The notes below the pieces were generated by a model that saw only the letters and a program-made list of their open reading frames with translations, made no database searches and was not told where the DNA came from. 64,000 bases of DNA from Neodothiora populina (lineage: Eukaryota), in contig NW_027191414.1 of the NCBI RefSeq assembly GCF_041146345.1, positions 310,001 to 374,000 on the forward strand, in the 5' to 3' direction. The position numbers and the translations under genes are program-made. This document shows, piece by piece, positions 1 through 13,630 of this stretch (the stretch's first letter is position 1; the number at the start of each line of letters is the position of its first letter).

Positions 1-1608
1 TTGTTGTGATCAAATCGTTGCGTTCAACATGACTGCATCTGAAATATGCCTTTGATTACTCTGCAATACCTAGGTACAGTATAGAGCTGCATGTCACGGC
101 GATGTCTCGGTACACTCTCTCGTAGAAGCAGTCTGCACAAGCAGCATCTGATATCGCCCAATCTCTTCAGCCCTAATCATGAAATAGCATTCCCAATGCG
201 CAATAAGAATGAGAGTTGAGGCGCTTCTCGAAACCGGCAAGAAACCTCCCCTTGGACGCAGGACTGGAACACAAGCTCCAGGGCTGTGACATGAAACGCT
301 AGGCCGCTCATCTACATATGCGATACGCAAGCCACAGAGTCATCGCAGTGACTTTTGTACTGCTCCCCTGACGCAGTTCTTTTGATCGACAAGAAGTGCC
401 ACTTGTGATGTCGAATACCCGTATTCGTGGGCTGCATTTCGAGTCTAGTCATCTCTTCTCATCTGCATAATTCACAGAAGAGCTGCTACGAGTACATGCC
501 AAAGAGGATCGGCACAAAGGGGCGCCAGGGACGATGCACTAGATACCAAGTCACACGTCAGGGAAAATTCGGCGTCAAGCGAGTGGCCACCTGCATGCGG
601 TAGAGGGAAAGAAAAAAGCTTACCCCGCGTTTACGCCATCGTTTAGCCCCTGCCAAGGGACCAATTGAGACTCGAGGAAGGGTGTCGCAAGGCACTTGTA
701 GTGTACGGTAAAGTAGTCTGTATGATGAGTGGTTGGGTATTTACTGGCTGTAACAGTCTGGAAAGGCAAATGCAGAAGTGCTGGAACAGAAAGACACGAT
801 ACGAGAAGGCTGTAGCTTGCCGGACGCGCGACTAAAACTCATAGCTCGCCGTTCGTCTGCAAGATCTCCTGTACCACCTTGACCGAATTGCTGCCTTATT
901 CAGACTGAGCGCATCGTTGTCCTCGTTGTTGATTTGAGCCCTGTTTCTTAGCACTGACCCTCACTTTGACTGACATTGTCTGAACGTCTCTTTCATCTCC
1001 CAGTCAGGCCCCGCTCTCTCTTTCGATTGAAGCTCGCATTGTTCTTCCCTGATCCTCAGACTTGCGCTCGCTTCCGGTCAAAGTCGGAATCCTTTTCTGG
1101 TGTCGGCGCAGCCTTCTCTTTTTCTATCACTGTGGATACTCTGACCCGGAGTTACGTATCCATATCCACGCTTACTAGCACAGCCATCCTAGGAAACCAT
1201 TTCGGACAGCAGCAGCATCACGTAACTGCTGAATTGGTGCTTGCGCCTCCGCACTTTCTTGTTCTTGTAAACACCGCCTGCTTCACCGGGACTATTTTTG
1301 GGCTTTACTAGGAAACAGCGTCAGCAAAACATAATCGACCAACACTCGTGAATAATCACAATACAAACGTACTGTAGTCTCGCAGACGAAAGAGGAGAAC
1401 TCCGACTTGGACTTATTGGAACCGGAAACCCTTGACGTCCTGTCAGAGACCGGCCCCTAGGCAGAGAGCGCTGGACAAGGATATCAACATCACTCTCGTT
1501 TGCGCCACTACCGAACAAGAGTCGCATGTCGCCGTGACGGAAGAGAGAGCAAGAAGAATACTCGGGTCTATTGAGTTGGGAGGGCCGGTGTGATAATCTC
1601 CACACGTG

Positions 1609-3561
1609 ATGCCGTTCTGCAATACCACAACCACCGAGACCAAGAGTACGTTCTAGACATGGACGGTGGCAGCGGAAGATTACCTTTTGCGCTGCAAAGT
1701 GAAACAACCCATGATGAATGTATTCTGACTATATTTGCCGTGTTGCAGTCGAAGAGACGCCCCTCTTTGGGCATGTCCAATTCCATCATGTTGGTCTCAT
1801 CATCTCCGCCTTGTTCGCCCTCATCTCCGTTATAATCGCCTTCTTCCTCATGCAGAAGCATGCCACTCATTACTCCAAGCCAAATGAACAGAGACAGTAT
1901 GTGTGCACCTCTGATCTACTCTCTAAGCGCCCGCTTTTCTCTCTTGTGTACTGATTACCTTCGCTTTCACAGCATCATCCGCATCATCCTTATGTTGCCT
2001 GTCTACAGTACGGTATCTTTCCTATCGTACCTCTACTATGAGCATAGTGTCTACTTCGAGGTCATTCGTGACTGCTACGAGGCTTTCGCAATCGCCTCTT
2101 TCTTCACTTTGTTATGCAATTATATTGCGCCGACTCTACATGGCCAGAAGGACTACTTTAGAACACTGACTCCCATCAACTGGTTCTGGGGTGTGTTTGG
2201 TTTGCAGAAATGCACTGGTGGAGAGGACAAGGGATTTCTGAGACGGCCAAGGAGTGGTCTGACTTGGTTCAACGTATGCATCACTTTCTTTTTGTTTCTG
2301 CTATAGCTGGATGCTGACCGCTTGTGATCACAGGTCGTATGGATTGGCGTCTTCCAATACTGCTTCATCCGTGTCTTCTTCACCATTGTCTCCGTCATCA
2401 CCGAAGCTACCGGTCGCTACTGCGAAACATCACTTAACCCTGCCTTTGCTCATATCTGGGTCATGGTTTTCGAGGGTGTGGCAGTCACTTTCGCCATGTT
2501 CTTCCTTATTCAGTTTTATCTGCAGCTCAAGAGAGATCTTGCCGAGCACAAGCCGTTCCTCAAGGTCATTTGTATCAAGATGGTCATCTTCTTCTCATTC
2601 TGGCAATCGGTATGTATTGTTATTCTTTTGATTCTCGTTACGCCCCGATCGTCGTTCCTCTCAAGTACTAACAAAGACACAACAGCTCCTCATTTCCTTC
2701 CTTTCCTCATCAGGTGCACTCAAAACTTCAGATAAGCTAGCGAGCCAAGATATCAAGATCGGCATCCCTAGCATGTTGCTATGTATCGAGATGGCAATCT
2801 TTGCAGTAATGCATCTTTTTGCCTTCCCCTGGCGCGAGTACGACCTCACCTCCAAATCGAACGCAAACCCCATCCTTGCTGCTGGATCTGGATGGTCAGG
2901 ACCCAAACCAGAGTACAAGGGAGGCAAGTTCGGCACGAAGGCCTGGGTCGACGCCTTCAACCCCTGGGACATCATCAAGGCCTCCGCCAGAGGTTTCAGA
3001 TGGCTGTTTGTCGGCAGAAAGAGCAGACACCACGACATCTCCTACAAGATCGCCGCCGAGGGCGCCAACACTAACGGCAGCACTTTAGACTCACCAGCGA
3101 CCAGCATCCCTGGACCCAACGTCATGACCCAACACGCTCCCTCGGCCACCGAGCTTCAACAGGGTGGTCGTGGACGCTCAGATACAGCAGAGGCTGACGA
3201 CAGAGCTGGCCTGCTGTCTCACGCACAAGAATTCAGTCCGACAGATCCATACGGCAGGTCAGGGAGCTTCAACTCGCAGGACGAGACGGATATCGGTCAC
3301 GGAGGCGCCATGCACATGCCTCCTTCCGTCACTTTTCCCGAAGCAGATGCTTACGGCGGGAGATCGTACGGTCAGTCAGTAGTACCGCAGCATTCCCAGG
3401 GAGGAATCAACGATCCGCCGTGGGACGCCGATACGGCTTACCATGCCGCTCCTAGTGCACCGAGTAGTAACGTGCAGGGAGGAGGAGCAACAGCAGGAGA
3501 CTCGTGGAATCACTGGGCTGGCGCCGGTGGTGCTGGGCCAAATGGCAGGACGGGATACTAG
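1609..3561 (+). CDS. TMEM184/OST-alpha (DUF300) family multi-pass membrane protein, HFL1-like; about 5 exons
   Basis: Spliced by eye: ATG 1609 MPFCNTTTTETK, intron 1646-1748 (GTACGT..CAG), then EETPLFGHVQFHHVGLIISALFAL...HATHYSKPNEQR, IIRIILMLPVYS...RDCYEAFAIASFF, KPFLKVICIKMVIFFSFWQS and LLCIEMAIFAVMHLFAFPW. These are typical family motifs. Confidence 0.9.
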
Positions 3562-4564
3562 TCCTTGACTTTTTTCCCTTCCCTTTTTTCCCTCTTTTCT
3601 TTTTCATCAGACCGGAGAGAAATATCTAGTAGAGAAGGAGAAATGGATGCTTCCCCTCTTCTTTTTCTTTCTTTTTCTCTCCACCGCCTCTCATCAACTT
3701 GGCTTTTCTTCCATCCCGAGAAAGAAGACAAGAACGAGAAGGAACGGGAGGCAGAAAAGAAAAGAAAGTCTGCAGGTCCAGTCCAATTACGGCAACGGCG
3801 TCTTCTTGCTCTGTTTTTCTTTCTGTTGTTCTTGTTGTCGTTGTTTGTCGTGTTTCTACAAAGCTATGATACCAGAAGGTGTTTGCGAATTTTGATTCCT
3901 TTTCATGTTTTGCTGTTTCTTTTCGCGGGATGTAGGTCAAGTCAAGGTGTTATGGAGCAATCAAATCTCGTGAAAAATACCTTGTTCTCTCTACCGTTAC
4001 GAGAGGTCGGGCATGTGTGACTTTTCCTTCTCCCTACCTTCGCGCGAGATCATCTACGCCGAACTGACCGATTGTGCCGCGAGCGGCTGCTGGATGGATG
4101 GGATTATAACTGTTCGACCATCGGGTCGTACAGTGGATATACAAAGGACAAGACGAGGACTGACTGGCTCGGATGGTCTCTAGACCTAGATCTGGATCTA
4201 CTGTAGACTCAGACCAGAAGATCAAGTGTACGGCTTGCTTATGCTATTGTATTGCAGATAGTAGATGAACATGACGCTTCAATCACCCGTTTCAAGCAGG
4301 TGGAAGGAGGGAGGAAAGAGAAGAGAGGGGAAATGGTTTCATACATGTTCTTATACAGATATTGATACAGCGTATACGTACACATACACAAAACATATAT
4401 AATACATCCCAATCTCCTCCCTGTCTAATCAACGCGTAGAGGAGAGAGATAAAACTACACTTTTTCTCTTGGGGGGCCCTTGTTCTCGTAGGAATAAAAA
4501 GAGAAAAGAGAAAGAATAATCGCGCAAACATTTTTCTTCTTCTTAAAAAGGCTCGGCAACATCT

Positions 4565-4590
4565 AAGAAAGAAAGAAAGAAAGAAAGAAA
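4565..4590. repeat. (AAGA)n microsatellite in the purine/pyrimidine-skewed region between two convergent 3' ends
   Basis: aagaaagaaagaaagaaagaaagaaa read directly. Confidence 0.85.
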
Positions 4591-4770
4591 TAACACTAGT
4601 ATATATATGAATAACCTTTTTTGGGTTTGAATCTCTCTCTTTGCACTCCTTGTCTTGCTTCCTGAATCTCTCTATCCTTTGGCAGGCTGTTTTGAACGAA
4701 CACGGCGGGATTGAAGGGGTAAGCCAGAGAATGGAAGAGGTGCCGACGTATTTGCTTCCTCGTGAATGAT

Positions 4771-6759
4771 TTAAATGACGTACTATAGCAAGACACGCAT
4801 AGTCAGCAATCTCATACTAACGGAAAGAAAGGTAAGCGAACGGAGAAAAAGCGACTCACAGGAATGAACATGGCAGGCACCCTCCTCTCGTACTCCTCCC
4901 AGGCGTCACCATACTTGACTCTGCAGCGCTCGACATCACGAATAGCGCGATGCAGGATCATGACAGCGAAGAAGGCCGGGTAGAACCAGGGGAACGGCGA
5001 GTTGAAGCCCGTGATCAGTCCCCATGTCAAGGCAAAGTACATGTCGCAGGTGTAGTGGACCTTGCGCGCCATCTTGTACCAGCCATCGCACAGGATCGAG
5101 TCGCCCTGGTCGGAAGTGATCTTCTCGGGGTTCTTGATGCTCTTCCAGGGGAGTTGGGGGAAGGCCTTGCGCTGGATGGTGTAGCCTCTCTCTTCGGCGC
5201 GGAAGTACTTTGCCTGTGAGTTGCCTGTGTCCCAGACCCAGTACATGAAAAGGTAGGTGGAGAAGAACAGGAAGATGGTGAGCTTGGAGTGCGAGTACTC
5301 GGAAGGATCGTGGTTGGCGAGATAGATGGAGCAGTGGCAGTAGGAGAGAGGAACTCCGGCCATGTTCCAGAAGATTAGCATGAAGCCCCACTTTTCGTAA
5401 AAGACGTCCCTGTTTTCAAGTCAGAAGAGCAGATTGTCAAGAGATGTTCAAGCACTCACCAGCAGACCGGAATCAGCTCCTCACCCTTGCAGCAGGCGTT
5501 TGCGTACAGGAAATGAGCCATCAGAAGAAAACTCATCTCGGGGGTGACATAACCATAAGTCTCGTACTGTCTGGCGACACCACCGAGAGTAACAAGGAAA
5601 AGAATAAACCAGGGCAGTCTGACCTCGAAGAACATCTTCATGTCGATCCAGCCAAACATACGCGGGTTGAGCTCGGCGCCCATGAAGAAGTCGTAGACGG
5701 GATGTCCAGTCATTCTGTGAGTGGCATCTCTGGCGAATGCGCTGAAGTAGGCAACGACAGAAACAATGTAGCCCGACAGGATGGCTACGCTCATCAGAGG
5801 GCCAAACTCATCGATGAGCGTGTACAGCTTGAACGTGCCAGTGACATGAAGGGCAATGGCGGAGACGATAGTAACGTAGAAACTCCACATGCCAGAGCAG
5901 TAGTAGCTGAGCTGCTTGTTCTTGAGATGAGGCAATGGCTTGCCCTTGGCGTAGACACCTGGCAAGTAGTAGTAGAAGACGCTCTGTGCAATCCCGAAGA
6001 CCCAGTAGATGGCCCACGCCCTCCTGTGAGGGAATGCGCCCGTGTACGCCAGACGGACCAGGTGCTTGGCGAATTCCAGATAGCTCTCGTCCGAGGATGC
6101 GCGCGTCGGGAAGTGTCCGTCGTAGTAATGCGCTCCAACCCACATGTACCACATCAGCGCCGGGAATCCGATCATCATGCAGATGACACCGGGAGTCCCT
6201 CCAAAGTCGTAGTGAGGGTCAGCATCGACTCTGGGATCAGATCCCTCGAGCCATCCGTCGATGATGCGCGGCTTGCTGGACTTTCCATTGACCTTTCCGT
6301 TCGCATGGCCGTTGGCGTGGCCATTGCCATTGACCGCGTGGCCGTTCGCGGACCCATTGGTTCTGCTCTTGCTGTCGACTTCGGCGCCTGAAGAGGCAAC
6401 CAGAGCATCTCGTGCCATTGAGGGTGTGGGCGACTCGGTGCGATTTGTTCTTCTGCGTGTGCTGCGACGGCGCGAAGGAGTCTCGACAAGGCCCTCTGGC
6501 AGGTCAGGTTTCCTGTGGATTCGACCATAAGCGAACTGACATATTACATCTTTCGCCAACTCGGGACGCTAGACCATGTGGGCCCTCCCCATCAAGCCTC
6601 CCTGGCTACAAGAAGTCTATCTTGGGATGCACAGACAAAAGAAATGGGCTCAATCTCCTTTGCGATCAGGGATAGGGTGTTTCAGAGCAATGCGCGCGAT
6701 GCTAAGATGAGAAGAACATACTTTGGGGTTTTGCCCGTCTGGCTGCGTGTGACGGTCAT
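4771..6759 (-). CDS. ERG4: Delta24(24(1))-sterol reductase (ERG4/ERG24 family); 4 exons
   Basis: Exon 1 [13 protein letters not shown] (ATG 6759, donor GTATGT at 6721), exon 2 with [21 protein letters not shown] and [15 protein letters not shown], exon 3 with [13 protein letters not shown] and [15 protein letters not shown], last exon YVI* (TAA 4771-4773). Confidence 0.93.
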
Positions 6760-7723
6760 TTCAGACGCCTTATGAGGTGATGGACACAAAGAAATGATTG
6801 TATTTGACAAGAAATGTAAAGAGTAAATAATTTTAATGCAATCACCACGAAAGGTGGGATGGAAAGAATTATGAAAGCGACAGACGCGGACGGGCGAAAC
6901 TGCACGACACGTAGAAAGGTAGACGACTGACGCAACGGTCGATGTATACAATCACTCCCGGTTGACAAGTGAACGCCGCGGAGGGGCCAAATAGAGTCAA
7001 GAGAGGATAGAAGAAAGATGGGGCTACTGGAATCAGGAAATACCAGAGAGATATTGGGTCATGGCGGAAGTCTGACGATATCTTAGCTACCACTTCACTA
7101 CTGGCTACAAGGAACTTTTGCCCTCGCTTTCTCTTGCTCGCCTCAATAGCCTTGTCGCATTTGCTCTGTACACTACTTAGGAAAAGACAAAAAAAAATAT
7201 CCTCGTACTGTACGGGTTCAAAGTAACAGATGTTCACAAGTGATTTCAGCACAGCAGCCGTTCACCCAACTTTGTTTACGCCCCTACCGTCTTGCAGGTT
7301 GATGATGTAGCCATCGACCAATCGCTTTCCCGAAGATGAGGGCTGCATTTAATGCAGGAACCCACTACAGGTGCTACCGCCCCCGCTACCGTACTACTTT
7401 TGATACGAGGAACGAGATTGACACCCCCGGCACTGCTGCTACGATCGAGCTACCGAGATCCAGCTTCACAGAAAAGGCTATGAGGACAAAATATCTGTCC
7501 AAAGTTCGCGGCTCTTTTCAGGTCATCAGTGCTCACGTGGTACCAAAATCTGTAATCTGGTAAATCTACTTCTTTCAATATAAATAAATATACCAATGGT
7601 GATAGCTCAACGGTCGGCGCCGTGGCACTGGTTGTCTAGTATGTAGGTGTAAACATGAACTCACAAACTCCACATTGCAATCATACTCCAGCATCAAGAG
7701 CTCGATGAAAACCTCCTATTCGT

Positions 7724-10084
7724 CTACGCACCGCGTCGAGCAGTCGTACTCATCAATGTGATCTTCTTGCCTTTTTTCTTCTTGCCTTGCCCACCAGCAT
7801 TGCCATTGGGGGCTTGAGCCGCAGATGACGAAGACGAAGCCTGTCCCAGGCTCGCCGCCTGCACTTGAGCAACCAATTCATCGTCCCCGAGCAGTTCTTT
7901 TTCCCAGCCCTGCAACCAACCATCATCGGTCGGAGCATTCACTGCCCGCATTTCCGGACTCGTCAATGGAAGTGCCGATGTACCCCACACGGTGCGTCCG
8001 GTAGCCGGACTGGTACCTGGAGATGCTAGTGATGCGTAGGCTGAACCACCAGTCCGATTCCCCCACGGCGGTGAGGAAGATGATCCATCAGCCGATTCTG
8101 ACATGTCTGCCGAGACGAGTGGTTGAAAGTCATTGGCCGAAAAGGTGTTCTCCGACGGAATGCTCGGTCGCTTCCTGCGAGCGGCCGCGTACTCTTTATC
8201 CGCCATCTTCTCGGCCAAGATGCGCTCTTTCTCCTCACGAGCTTCCTTGTCCATGTTCCTGCGTCTGCGGCGCTCGATATCTGCTTTGAAATGGTTCAGG
8301 ACAGATGGGGCCACCGTGTCAGTCCAGTCGCACTCGAGGAAGCCAACTTCGCAACCGTAAGGCAGGTGTCCCAGATACTTGATGCGTTTTCGAAGATCAT
8401 CATCGACAATGTGACCAGTAGAGACTCGCTCGACTCGAGGAAGGAGGGACGAAGGGAAATTCTCGTAGGACCCGAACGCGACTTTGAGGATGCGGATGTC
8501 GAGAGGTGAAAGATAGTAGTGAAGAAGACCCTGATAGAACAGGTAATAATCCGGAGTACGTTCAGCGTGTTGTCGAGCTCGAAATTCGGCCAGGGATGTC
8601 GATAGAATGCTCGATGTCGCATCCGAAGCGTCCGCATTAGTCTTTTCACCGGGGGCATCGGTTTGTGTCTCATCAGTGGGCGTGACACCATTGGGTAGGC
8701 TTTGACCTGATCGAACAGCCTGCTGAATAGCATACATATCCGGAACAGCATCATCATCATCGTCATCATCGGCGTTGTTGAACTCAATCAACGGTCGTTT
8801 CTGCTTGGCTTCCTCCGGCTTCTTGTTCATCACTGGAGGATTGCCAATGCCTTTGACCTTCTCCTTTGCCTCTTGAATCAGACGGATGGCTTTACCAGTC
8901 CACTCTGAGTCTTCGCCGAACATTAGTTCGTCTTCTTGCTCCATAGCCTTGATAGTCTGGATATATTCGTCATATTGTGCGAGCATGTAATCTTCGCTTC
9001 CCTTCATGACGCGGGCGTAGTCCATGACTTCGGGAGCGAGATACCAGGGGACATCGTCTCCCTTGCCTAAGGCATCGGTGCTCTCCCTGGGCATGGCCAA
9101 GGTGCTGCCAGCTTCTCTCTTGACGAGCCTCAACACAATGTCCATGCCTTCCCTGGGAGGCTCGCCCTCTTCGCCCACGTACCAGCGCACAGGCCTCGTT
9201 TCCGAGATATATATCGAGTCCCAGCAAATGGGACACTTCTTCCATCGTGCCTTTTTCTCATGCGCGGCCTTTTCGCCATCCTCGGAGTGCATGTATCGGA
9301 TGAGACAGGGAAGACAGAAGATGTGACCACACCTGGCCATTCGCGGAGCAACTGGAGTACCTAAGCAAATAGGACAGGCAGCTGCTTGCGACTGCTCCGA
9401 CACCAGAATCTGCATGACATTGTTCCAGTCAATATGCACGTCGGCGTCGACACTCTGGGGGCGGTAGTCGGCTCGAGGGTCGACGATGAAACGGTAGTTT
9501 GCATGTACATATCTGTAGCTCTAGTAAGCATGAGTCGACAAGAAGACAATGGCGACAGGAAGGTCGTACCTCGCCTTGTCCACTGCGTGGTAGCCAGAGC
9601 CCATTCCCCAAGTGCGAGTCCTGGTCGATCGCCCACCTTGTCTTTCCCTTTCAGGACGATATGACGGTCGAGGAGGCAGGGCAAAGTTCATCAAATGGGT
9701 GATGGACGTCTGTCCCTTGCGGCTGCTTGTCGAGTGCATGGCGGCCTGGTGGGGGAATTGTGAGCCAGAAGGTCATCGAGGTGGAATCTGACGAGAAACA
9801 AAACTTACGGATTCCGCAAGAGCATCCTCATCCGCAAGCCGGAACTTCCTGCTTTGCTTGTGCTTCGATTTGCTGCTTTGGTTACTGCGTGGCGTGGCAG
9901 AGGTTGCTTTGTTGCCGGATCCGACGAAGCTGGTGGAAGCAACGCCACTTCTCCGCTGACCGACTTCGCCGCCAAAGTAGCTCGAGTTCTGCGAGGGAGC
10001 AGGCGAGAGTTGAGTTGATGGATTTGCGGACTTGATGGGATGTGAGGATTTGGACGGCAAGGCAGAGGCGCTGTTGGACGACAT
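7724..10084 (-). CDS. MAG2: RING-finger E3 ubiquitin ligase, Mag2/RNF10 family; 3 exons
   Basis: SRKGQTSITHLMNF, YVHANYRFIV, RING CPICL...CGHIFCLPCLIRY...CPIC, YYLSPLDIRILK, YLGHLPYGCEVGFLECDW and C-terminal KKKKGKKITLMSTTARRGA. Confidence 0.88.
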
Positions 10085-10704
10085 GATCGAACGTCAAAGA
10101 GACGCTGTTATCAGACGAGGGGTTGGATGTAATAACGAGGGTAAGGGTATGATGTAGTACTCGCAGCAGCCCACCCGAGTTTACTCGATTCAGGGTTTGA
10201 CGCGCTTCCAAAAGAACAAAGAAGAAGAGCGGGTCCTTATTTCAAGCTAACAAAGACCGATAGGTCATCACAAAAGTGCAATGTGTGTCTGTAAGTTCAA
10301 TAATGTAATTGGGCCTGTCGACCGACCCGAGGGGTAGGTGACGGGATGGTAAGGAAAAGAAAGAATGCAATAAGGAAAGAGCGAGGAGTCATGCATGCAC
10401 TGTTGCATCCTCAGATCCATTCGTTCACTCACGCCTGATTGACGGCGGGACTCTAGGGTACATTTACAGTAATACAGTTCAACTCGAACAGAGCGGAATC
10501 ACAGTTACTGATTGGTGGCGGCAGCCAGAAGCCGAGTGCTCGGAAACGTGATACACGCACAGACCATCGATTGCATCGTCATCTTTGCATTGACTGAATC
10601 TGAGGTGGAGGTACAGTACCTACACTACGATACTGTGGATTGATAACATCGTCTATTCTTCGAAGCCAACCACAGTCTATTGTATAGCTATAGCAAAAGA
10701 AATC

Positions 10705-11842
10705 ATGTTGATTCAAGAGTCGTACAAAGATGTCCCCACCAAGGCGGGCGGAAACATGCGTATGCTTGTAGCAGTAGAGTCTTCACCAACATTGTAGAGC
10801 TGATAGAGGTAGGTGTTTTCATCTTCCACCCCACCATCCCAAACTACCCACAAGCAAAGTTCCCGGGTGTTGTCGTTTTCAGTGAGATTTACCAAGGTAA
10901 ACTTAGGTTCTTTTCTCTCCTTCCGATATTCCAACATAATCCCTGAAACCCTTCACTGGTGTAATCATCCCGTCGGGCTCCCGACGTCGTTATGCGCACT
11001 GCACGAACTCCCCCAGACTTTGTCAGTCTTTCCCCTCTCCGACCAGTCCACAACCCACGTGCAGTCTTGACGACCTATCAAGCACTGCAGTACACAAACC
11101 CCTAACCCCTCCTCAGTGACCGGCCCTGTCGCCCGTTTCGCTCGTCAAATCGCCGGTCAAGGCTTCATAGTCGCCGCACCGAGCTCATACCACGAATTCA
11201 CTGGACCCGAGGCGCTCGCCTACGACGGCCCAGGAACCGACTCGGGCAACGCATGGAAGATCGAGAAGAAACTGGCCGCCTACGACGAAGACGCGACCCT
11301 CTCCATCGACTTGCTGCTTTCTCTGTCCACATGTAATGGCCGCATCGGCGCCACGGGCATGTGTCTCGGCGGCCATCTCGCCTACCGCTGTGCTCTCGAC
11401 CCTCGCGTCGCCGCCGCCGTGTGTTACTTCGCTACTGATGTCCACAGCCACTCGCTTGGAGAGGGCTTGAATGACGATTCCTTGCAGCGCGCCCGCGACA
11501 TCAAGGGTGAACTCATCATGATCTTCGGAAAGAAGGATAACCATGTCCCTCCTGAAGGCCGTGATTTGATCCGCAAGACTCTGCATGAGGCCGGGGTTTG
11601 CTTCAGTTTCTTCGAGGCTTCTTGGGCTCAACGTATGTTTGTTCCTCAGTCTTTTCCCTCCCGGTAACTGTCACTAACGCCATCAAGACGCTTTCATCCG
11701 CGACGAGTCCAGCAAAGGCCGCTACGACCCCGGTTTGACCAAGGTCTGCTTCGAGATGTTGCTCGAGCTCTTCAACCGTACTCTGAGGTCTGATCTAGGT
11801 CCTAGAGCCGGTGGCGAGCAGGAGATTGAGGATGTCTGTTAA
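10705..11842 (+). CDS. Dienelactone hydrolase family (carboxymethylenebutenolidase-like); 4 exons
   Basis: MLIQESYKDVPT, PGVVVFSEIYQ|VTGPVARFARQIAGQG, nucleophile motif GMCLGG, AFIRDESSKGRYD; stop TAA 11840-11842. Confidence 0.9.
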
Positions 11843-12185
11843 GTGTCTTTGGCATATTTGGCTGGTGACATACCTCGATAGCTTGGATATAGATTCTTGT
11901 TTTCGCGGAGATCTAGTCTCGAATAGTTGTAGTCTTCGAGACACCGTTGCCATCGTACGATTGTGGTTGGATCGGTGGCAATAATGAACACAGCCTGAAG
12001 GTACATCATGATTCAGCTGCACTCATGATCAGAAAGTCGTGGTCAAACACGAAGGTCACACTTTGGCGAATACCAGGACTAGCTATGGCAAAATTAAAAA
12101 AAACCCCGACAAAACTCCAGTCCTCATTGGAACAACCTCCCATGCAATTTTCCCCCGCAACAAGGTGCGTTAGACCTTCTAATCT

Positions 12186-13108
12186 TCAGGTGCCACAACC
12201 TCCGACATTGACCGCGGATTTCGTGCTCAGTGCACCCACTTTCCGCCCTCCGCCAGGTGGGCCACGGGGCCCTGCGCCTCCAGCACCTCCTCCGAATCCA
12301 AGCCATCCTGGCCGTCTGCCTGCTTGGCTGTTTTTTGTGTTGAATGGTGATGCCTCTGCTGCGGCGTATGGGTCGAACTGAGCGGCATGTCAGTACATAT
12401 TCCTAGTCTAGTGGATGATAGATGTGCAGGATATGTTCGTATCGAAGAGGAAAGGAACGAGAAAAACACACCGAAAACAGACTGATAAAGTAGAGTCCAA
12501 GAAAGACATAGAGGGCGTCCAAGAACGACTGCAGCTTCGCCCCAAACGGCGCTCCAGAGGTGACCTGGCCACCTCCCAGATAGGTACTTCCTCCCGCCGC
12601 AGCGGCCCCCACACGATCAGAAGAAGCAGTAGCAGTAGCAGGAGAAGCGCTCACATCCCCCAATTTCCTCCCACTGCCCTCAAAAGATGAGACATCTGCT
12701 GTCGCGCTCTTGACGGCCTGCTCTAGACGTTTGGGGTCTGCGCCTTGAATCCGAGTGACTTCCCGTGCATTCTTGAATACCAGAAACGTAGGCATGGCGG
12801 TGATGGAAAGCGAGGTCGTTATCGAGCGTTGTTCATCCGTGTTGATTTTGACGAATGTCACACCAGAGGGTTTGGAATGCTTTGAGGCCAGGGTTTCGTA
12901 GAACGGGGCTATGGCTTTGCAGGGACCGCACCAGTCCGCGTAGACTGTTTGTTCTTCTGATCAGTAAGCTTTTTCTTTGCTGGGCGGAAGTGGTCTTTTG
13001 AAAGACAAGACGTGGGAGGGAAGGCGTACAGTCTGCTACTACTACGCGCGAGGAGCTGAGGATGCGGTTGAGCTCTGCTTGGGAGGAGACTCGGACGGCC
13101 TTTGACAT
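12186..13108 (-). CDS. Thioredoxin-domain protein (WCGPC) with C-terminal TM helix and Gly/Pro-rich SelK/SelG-like tail; 3 exons
   Basis: MSKAVRVSSQAELNRILSSSRVVVAD|FYADWCGPCKAIAP (intron 12945-13029), TM FLDALYVFLGLYFISLFS|FDPYAAAE, tail ...GPRGPPGGGRKVGALSTKSAVNVGGCGT* (TGA 12186-12188). Confidence 0.85.
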
Positions 13109-13630
13109 TTTGAGATCTGATGCGCGATTTAGACTTGGTTGACGAAGAGTTGAGGTTGATGGAATATTGGTGGAAGAGTGCAAGTAGATGATCGCTGATG
13201 GCAGGTACAAGTCTGGATGGCGTTTGAGGCAGCCGAGCTGATTAGGGTCAATTAGGCAAAGGGTCCATCCCGTGCCGTGCAGAATCTGGGGATTGACATC
13301 CATTCCTCGCTATCACTTATATACATGAACTTCGCCGAATAACAAGAATGGAACCGAAACGAGAACATCTTAGTGCGCGGACCCGTATGCTCCTTTACTG
13401 TCATCTTTGGTACTCCAAAGGCTGCATATCTCCACAATTGACATCCAAGATGATAATACTACATACCATCTGGGATGTTATCATACTACATACGCTCTTC
13501 TAGTGCCAAGACTAGCCTCGAAGGAGTAAAGCGTACCTGATTGAGTATCAGATTCGTTCGTTCGCTACATCATATTTTCACCGAGTCGCGAGCATACAGC
13601 GTCCATAGCACTAATTAGAAACACAGAAAA

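Noticed and set aside
3565..4020. 151-aa hydrophobic ORF downstream of the TMEM184-like gene
   Set aside because: Produced by T-rich/A-rich low-complexity 3' UTR sequence; Phe/Leu/Lys runs with no domain.
5444..6391. Long antisense ORFs (also 16931-17935, 37735-38448, 47398-48102, 51601-52515)
   Set aside because: They are shadows of codon-biased genes on the opposite strand.
6969..6983. Exact 15-mer GTGAACGCCGCGGAG shared with 28851-28865
   Set aside because: A few 15-bp matches are expected by chance among all position pairs in 64 kb, and there is no flanking similarity.
13450..13495. Short tandem duplication ATACTACATAC x2 in the divergent thioredoxin/SPOUT promoter
   Set aside because: Only two short copies and no recognisable motif; likely local slippage.
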